Source: Tubiluchus corallicola (Eukaryota; Animalia; Priapulida). Taken from it: DNA of 14,414 nt. Positions 9,730 to 14,414 of the stretch are shown here, in pieces (the stretch's first letter is position 1; each line of letters starts with the position of its first letter). The stretch lies in assembly GCA_030141605.1 (NCBI GenBank), contig JAQGDQ010002117.1, positions 1 to 14,414 of the forward strand, given 5' to 3'. Made by a program: the position numbers and the translations under genes. Below the pieces are notes generated by a model. That model was not told the origin of the DNA and did no database searches. It saw only the letters and a list, made by a program, of their open reading frames with translations.

Positions 9730-10069
9730 CTGCAAGAAAAAGCAGGAAATGACGTCATTAACTTCAGTTTTAAAATAACTAAGCTTCGTCGCTTTCCTTC
9801 AATTTGCTTTGGCTTATTCACCAGGTAACACAGGTACTTAGAAGAGACGTACAAAGTCGTGATAAGTCAGAAGAAAGAGGCTGTCACAGACTAGGTAAAG
9901 AAATACATTAAACTATCGAAGAGATGCTGGGTTCCTCGAATTTACTTAAACGGTAGTCGGAGTAAATGCAGTAAGTGCAGTAAACAAATGAGTAAAACCA
10001 ACTTTTCAGTGAATGTCACGGAATATAGTGATTAACTGAATTCTAAATGAATGAACTAATGAAAGTTGA

Positions 10070-10530
10070 GAGAGTCAGTGAGTTATTGAGTGTGTGAGTG
10101 AATGAGTGAATGAATGAATGATTTTGTGAATGAAAGATTGAGTGAGTGAATTAGTGAGTGTGTGAATGAATGAATGAATGAATGATTGTGTGAATGAAAC
10201 ATTGAATGAGTGAATTAGTGAGTGTATGAATGAATGAACGAATGAATGAAAGAATGAATGAATAAATAAATAAATGAATGATTGTGTGAATGAAAGATTG
10301 AATGAGTGAATTAGTGAGTTGTGTGAATGAATGAACGAATAAATGAATGAATGAATGAATGAATAAATGAATGATTATGTGAATGAAAGATTGAATGAGT
10401 GAATTAGTGAGTGTGAATGAACGAATGAATGAATGAATGAATGAATGAATGAATGAATGAATGAATGAATGAATGAATGAATGAATAAACGATAGAATGA
10501 CTGACCGACCGACCGACCGACTGACTGATC
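10070..10530. repeat. (GAAT)n-type microsatellite with a higher-order unit, ending in (GACC/GACT)n
   Basis: gattgtgtgaatgaaagattgaatgagtgaattagtgagtgt recurs at 10120, 10184, 10280 and 10373, separated by variable (GAAT)n. Confidence 0.95.
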
Positions 10531-10680
10531 TGATTTATTTTTATTTATTTAATATTTCATTTCAAACTTTAAAAACTTCATATACACATCACAAATTAAT
10601 ACAAGTAATACAATAAATTATTACACACAACAATAACACAAATAAGAATTAACGATATAACGAACTACGCTAATGACGTT

Positions 10681-11145
10681 CTGACTTACTGACTGACTCA
10701 CTGACTGAATGAGTGAACAAATGAGTGAATAAATGAATGAATAAATAAATGAGTGAGTGAGTGAGTGAGTGAGTGAGCGAGTGGATGAATGAATGAGTGA
10801 ATGAATGAATGAACGAACGAATGAACGAATGAACGAATGAACGAATGAACGAATGAACGAATGAACGAATGAACGAATGAATGAATGAATGAATGAATGA
10901 ATGAATGAATGAATGAATGAATGAGTGAATGAATGAATGAACGAACGAATGAACGAATGAACGAATGAACGAATGAACGAATGAACGAATGAACGAATGA
11001 ATGAATGAATGAATGAATGAATGAATGAATGAATGAACGAACGAACGAACGAACGAACGAACGAACGAACGAACGAACGAACGAACGAACGAATGAATGA
11101 ATGAATGAATGAATGAATGAATGAACGAACGAACGAACGAACGAA
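10681..11145. repeat. Compound tetranucleotide array (GACT/GAGT/GAAT/GAAC)n
   Basis: Directly visible. Explains ORFs 10621-11160 and 10670-11182. Confidence 0.97.
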
Positions 11146-11222
11146 GAAACCTACAAGCAAACAAAACGACTAGCTGGATCAACTCACCCCTTTCTCACCC
11201 CTAAGCGACCACATAAACTCAC

Positions 11223-11268
11223 TTGTCACTTAACAGACTTTCAACGAAGCCTGAACTAATTTGCTCCA
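11223..11268 (-). CDS. Candidate micro-exon (EQISSGFVESLLSD), product unknown
   Basis: Acceptor ttgatttcttcttgccag| and donor caa|gtgagt on minus. 46 bp with one open frame, ending in phase 2, compatible with 9639-9729. Confidence 0.2.
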
Positions 11269-11629
11269 CTGGCAAGAAGAAATCAACTATAAATTGGAAG
11301 GAAAGTGAAAGTGGGTTTCAAATTGGACGTCCGCATCACTGGTAATTAAGCCTCATTCCTCTGCATTACTACACCCCATTAAGCTGAAAATTAAAAATTA
11401 GAAGAAAAATCAATAATTCTGGAACAGTTTTCGATTCTTTTATCACGTGACTTTGGATCGATGAACTAATTAAGTATCAACAAGCAAAAACTATCGCGTG
11501 CTGCATAGCTACAAACAGTCGGCGAGCCGCTAATTAGAGCAGATCGCGTGACCTTGAAATGCATGGCTTCTTTTTGTTAAACGCGGTGTGGTTGCTGAAG
11601 CCACTTGCCCAGACGTGGTGCTGGCGTCA

Positions 11630-12380
11630 GTAGAGTGTAAGCTATAATCCCTGCTACAATACATACAGGAAGCCAGTCTTGTGAAACTCCCCCTCCCCCC
11701 GGCCACTGTAGAGTGTAAGCTAGAATCCCTGCTACAATACCTATGGGAAGCCAGTCTTGTGAGACTCCCCCTCCCCCCGGCCACTGTAGGGTAGAATGTA
11801 AGCTAGAATCCCTGCTACAATACCTAGCGGGAAGCCAGTCTTGTGAGACTCCCCCCTCACCCCGGCCACTGTAGAGTAAACTCCCCCTCCCCTCGGCCAC
11901 TGTAGAGTAGAGTGTAAGCTAGAATCCCTGCTACAATACATACAGGAAGCCAGTCTTGTGAGACTCCCCTCTCCCCCCGACCACTGTAAATTAGACTCCC
12001 CCTCCCCCCGGCCACTGTAGAGTAGTGTAAGCTAGAATCGCTGCTACAATACCTACGGGAAGCCAGTCTTGTGAGACTCCCCCCTCCCCTCGGCCACTGT
12101 ACATTAGACTCCCCCTCCCCCCGGCCACTGTAGAGTGTAAGCTAGAATCCCTGCTACAATACCTACGGGAAGCCAGTCTTGTGAGACTCCCCCCTCCCCG
12201 GGCCACTGTAGATTAGACTCCCCCTCCCCCCGGCCACTGTAGAGTAGTGTAAGCTAGAATCCCTGCTACAATACCCACGGGAAGCCAGTCTTTTGCAGAA
12301 ACAAACAATCAGAGCCCGTGTAAGAGGTTAGACTAGACCCCCCTCCCCACTGTAGAGTAGACTCCCCCTCCCCCCGGCCA
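11630..12380. repeat. Modular C-rich minisatellite (~80-bp then ~112-bp period)
   Basis: 7 copies of the long module gtaagctagaatccctgctacaatac...gaagccagtcttgtgaga and ~12 copies of the short module ctccccctccccccggccactgta. Confidence 0.95.
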
Positions 12381-12539
12381 GACTAAACCCGGGGGTTAAA
12401 GAGGCCTGGGCTAGTTACCTTCAGAGGGATTACATGGTATCAGACGCGAACAATGTTAGTAAGTAAGCAAAGTTAGTCTCTGCGTGGTCATTATTAATTA
12501 CATGTATTTGCATAGCGCTTATATTCAAGCAGACTGCTG

Positions 12540-12765
12540 TGTTGCATAATACGATGCATCTATATGCGATATTTATATATAATCTACTTCATTAACTGTC
12601 TGTGGTGTGTTATAAAATGCGTGCTTGCATGAATATAAAAGTATACACGTTTTGTTGCATAATACGATGCATTTATATGTGATACTTATATAGAATCCAG
12701 TTCATTAACTGTCTGTGGTGTGTTATAAAATGCGTGCTTACATGAATATGAAAGTAAACACGTTT
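12540..12765. repeat. 113-bp tandem duplication
   Basis: tgttgcataatacgatgcat...cacgttt at 12540 and 12653, roughly 90% identical. Confidence 0.95.
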
Positions 12766-13312
12766 ACCGAGGAGAATAAGATTTTTTTTTCTAAAATATG
12801 ACGCCCTAAGCCATAGCTAAGTTAGCCTATTGATTAATACGCCTCTTAGTTTAAGAATTCGCGTTCCTATCTCCAATCACTTTCTCAGGTAAAATATATA
12901 TTGAAGCCACACAGCACATATTTATTTAATGAAGCCAATAGTTACTGGGTGCAAATACGGTGATTACTGTCCAGTAATTTCTTAGGTCAATCGTGTTTAA
13001 TAACCGACGAGCAAGCAAGTTGGAATGAAGCCTTTTGTTAAGTGATACTTCATATTACGTCTAGCTGACAGCTATACAATAATTAGGTTGGTAGGCTTCG
13101 TTAACACGTGCTTGTTATATTCACGTCTTGAACACTGTTATCGTCAAACGTTGATTTACTGATTAAGAAACTTTGTGTGGTTCTGCTGAGTTTGATAATT
13201 GTGTTCTAGGATAAAGTAATTGCTTATCAGTAATTGTACGTATGAGTAAGTGTAAGAAGTACTTATGTGATGGCTATTATAACTTTTCCTAATTGCACAG
13301 AACGTAACAGAA

Positions 13313-13390
13313 TAGTAGTTTTAGTACTAGTGGTGGTAGTGGTAGTGGTAGTGGTAGTGGTAGTAGTGGTGGTAGTAGTGGTAGTGGTAA

Positions 13391-13483
<93 letters not shown>

Positions 13484-13906
13484 CAGCAGCAGCAGCAGCA
13501 GCAGAGCAGCAGCAGTTGCTGCTGCTGCTATTGCCGCTGCTGCTGCCGCTGCTGCTGCGCTGTTACAGCAGCAGCAGCAGCATTGCTGCTGCCGCTGCCG
13601 CTGCTGCTAGCAGCAGCAGCAGCAGCATGCAGCAGCAGTTGCTGCCGCCGCCGCCGCTGCCGCTGCCAGCAGCAGCAGCAGCAGCACGGCAGCAGCGTTG
13701 CTGCTGCTGCCGTTGCTGCTGCTGCCGCTGCTGTTGCTGCTGCGCCGCTGCTGCTGCGTTGCTGCTGCTGCCAGCAGCTGCCGCTGCTGCCGTTGCTGCC
13801 GCTGCTGCCGCTGCTGCTGCTGCTGTTGCTGCTGCCGCCGTTGCTGCTGCTGCTGCCGCTGCCGCTGTTCCGCTGCCGCTGCCGCTGCCGCTGCTGCTGC
13901 CGCTGC

Positions 13907-13951
<45 letters not shown>

Positions 13952-14383
13952 CGTTGCTGCTGGCTGCTGCTGCTGGCTGCTGGGTTGCTGCTGCTGCTGC
14001 TGCGCTTGCCGCTGTTGCTGCTGCTGCTGCCGTGCTGCGCTGCTGCTGCCGCTGCCGCTGCTGCTGCCGCTGCTGCTGCTGCTGGTTGCTGCTGCCGCCG
14101 CCGCTGCTGGGCTGGTCAGCTGCGCTGCTGGCTGTCGCCGTTGGCCTGTTGCGCGTTGTTGCCGGCTGCTGCTGCTGCCGCTGTTGCTGCCGCTGCTGCC
14201 GCTGCTGCCGCCGCTGCTGCCGCCGCCGCTGCTGTTGCCGCCGCTGCTGTTGCCGCCGCTGCTGTTGTCGCCGCTGCTGTTGCCGCCGCTGCTGTTGCCG
14301 CCGCTGCTGTTGCCGCCGCTGCTGTTGCCGCCGCTGCTGTTGCTGCACTGCTACGAAGACGACGACGACGACGACGACGACGT

Positions 14384-14414
<31 letters not shown>
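13313..14414. repeat. Compound trinucleotide array: (TAG/TGG)n, (CAG)n, (CTG/CCG/TTG)n, (GAC)n, (CTG)n
   Basis: Directly visible. Includes a 15-bp unit ccgccgctgctgttg about 8 times at 14224-14343, and runs off the window end. Confidence 0.97.

Noticed and set aside
9576-9824. Plus-strand exon candidate (tttcag|...cag|gtaaca)
   Set aside because: One frame is open but the peptide is unrecognisable, the signals are weaker, and it overlaps the better minus-strand candidate.
10621-12206. ORFs with FIHS/FVRS or repeated SRDSSLHST motifs
   Set aside because: They are translations of tetranucleotide and minisatellite repeats.
13563-14348. 261-aa polyQ/polyA/polyS ORF
   Set aside because: It starts at GTG and consists entirely of trinucleotide repeat with repeated phase slips. 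Stops are absent only because of composition.

Overview
AT-rich, repeat-dense eukaryotic DNA, probably an invertebrate intron or intergenic region. No complete protein-coding gene is recognisable, and nearly all supplied ORFs are translations of simple repeats. The main content is: (1) two inverted copies of a 5S rRNA-headed SINE (5792-6150 +, 3'-truncated; 6992-7541 -, full length) whose tail encodes the C-terminal motif of an RTE-clade LINE; (2) five copies of an AT-rich non-LTR retroposon 3' end with an AATAAA + (AAACT)n tail, two with clear target-site duplications, carrying a 74-bp unit in 1, 5 or ~5.7 tandem copies; (3) a decayed CR1/L2-type reverse transcriptase fragment; (4) 53-, 63- and 113-bp tandem repeats, a modular C-rich minisatellite, and large (CT)n, (CA)n, (GA)n, (GAAT)n and trinucleotide arrays; (5) low-confidence, phase-compatible minus-strand exon candidates. 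All calls were made by eye, and no database search was run.
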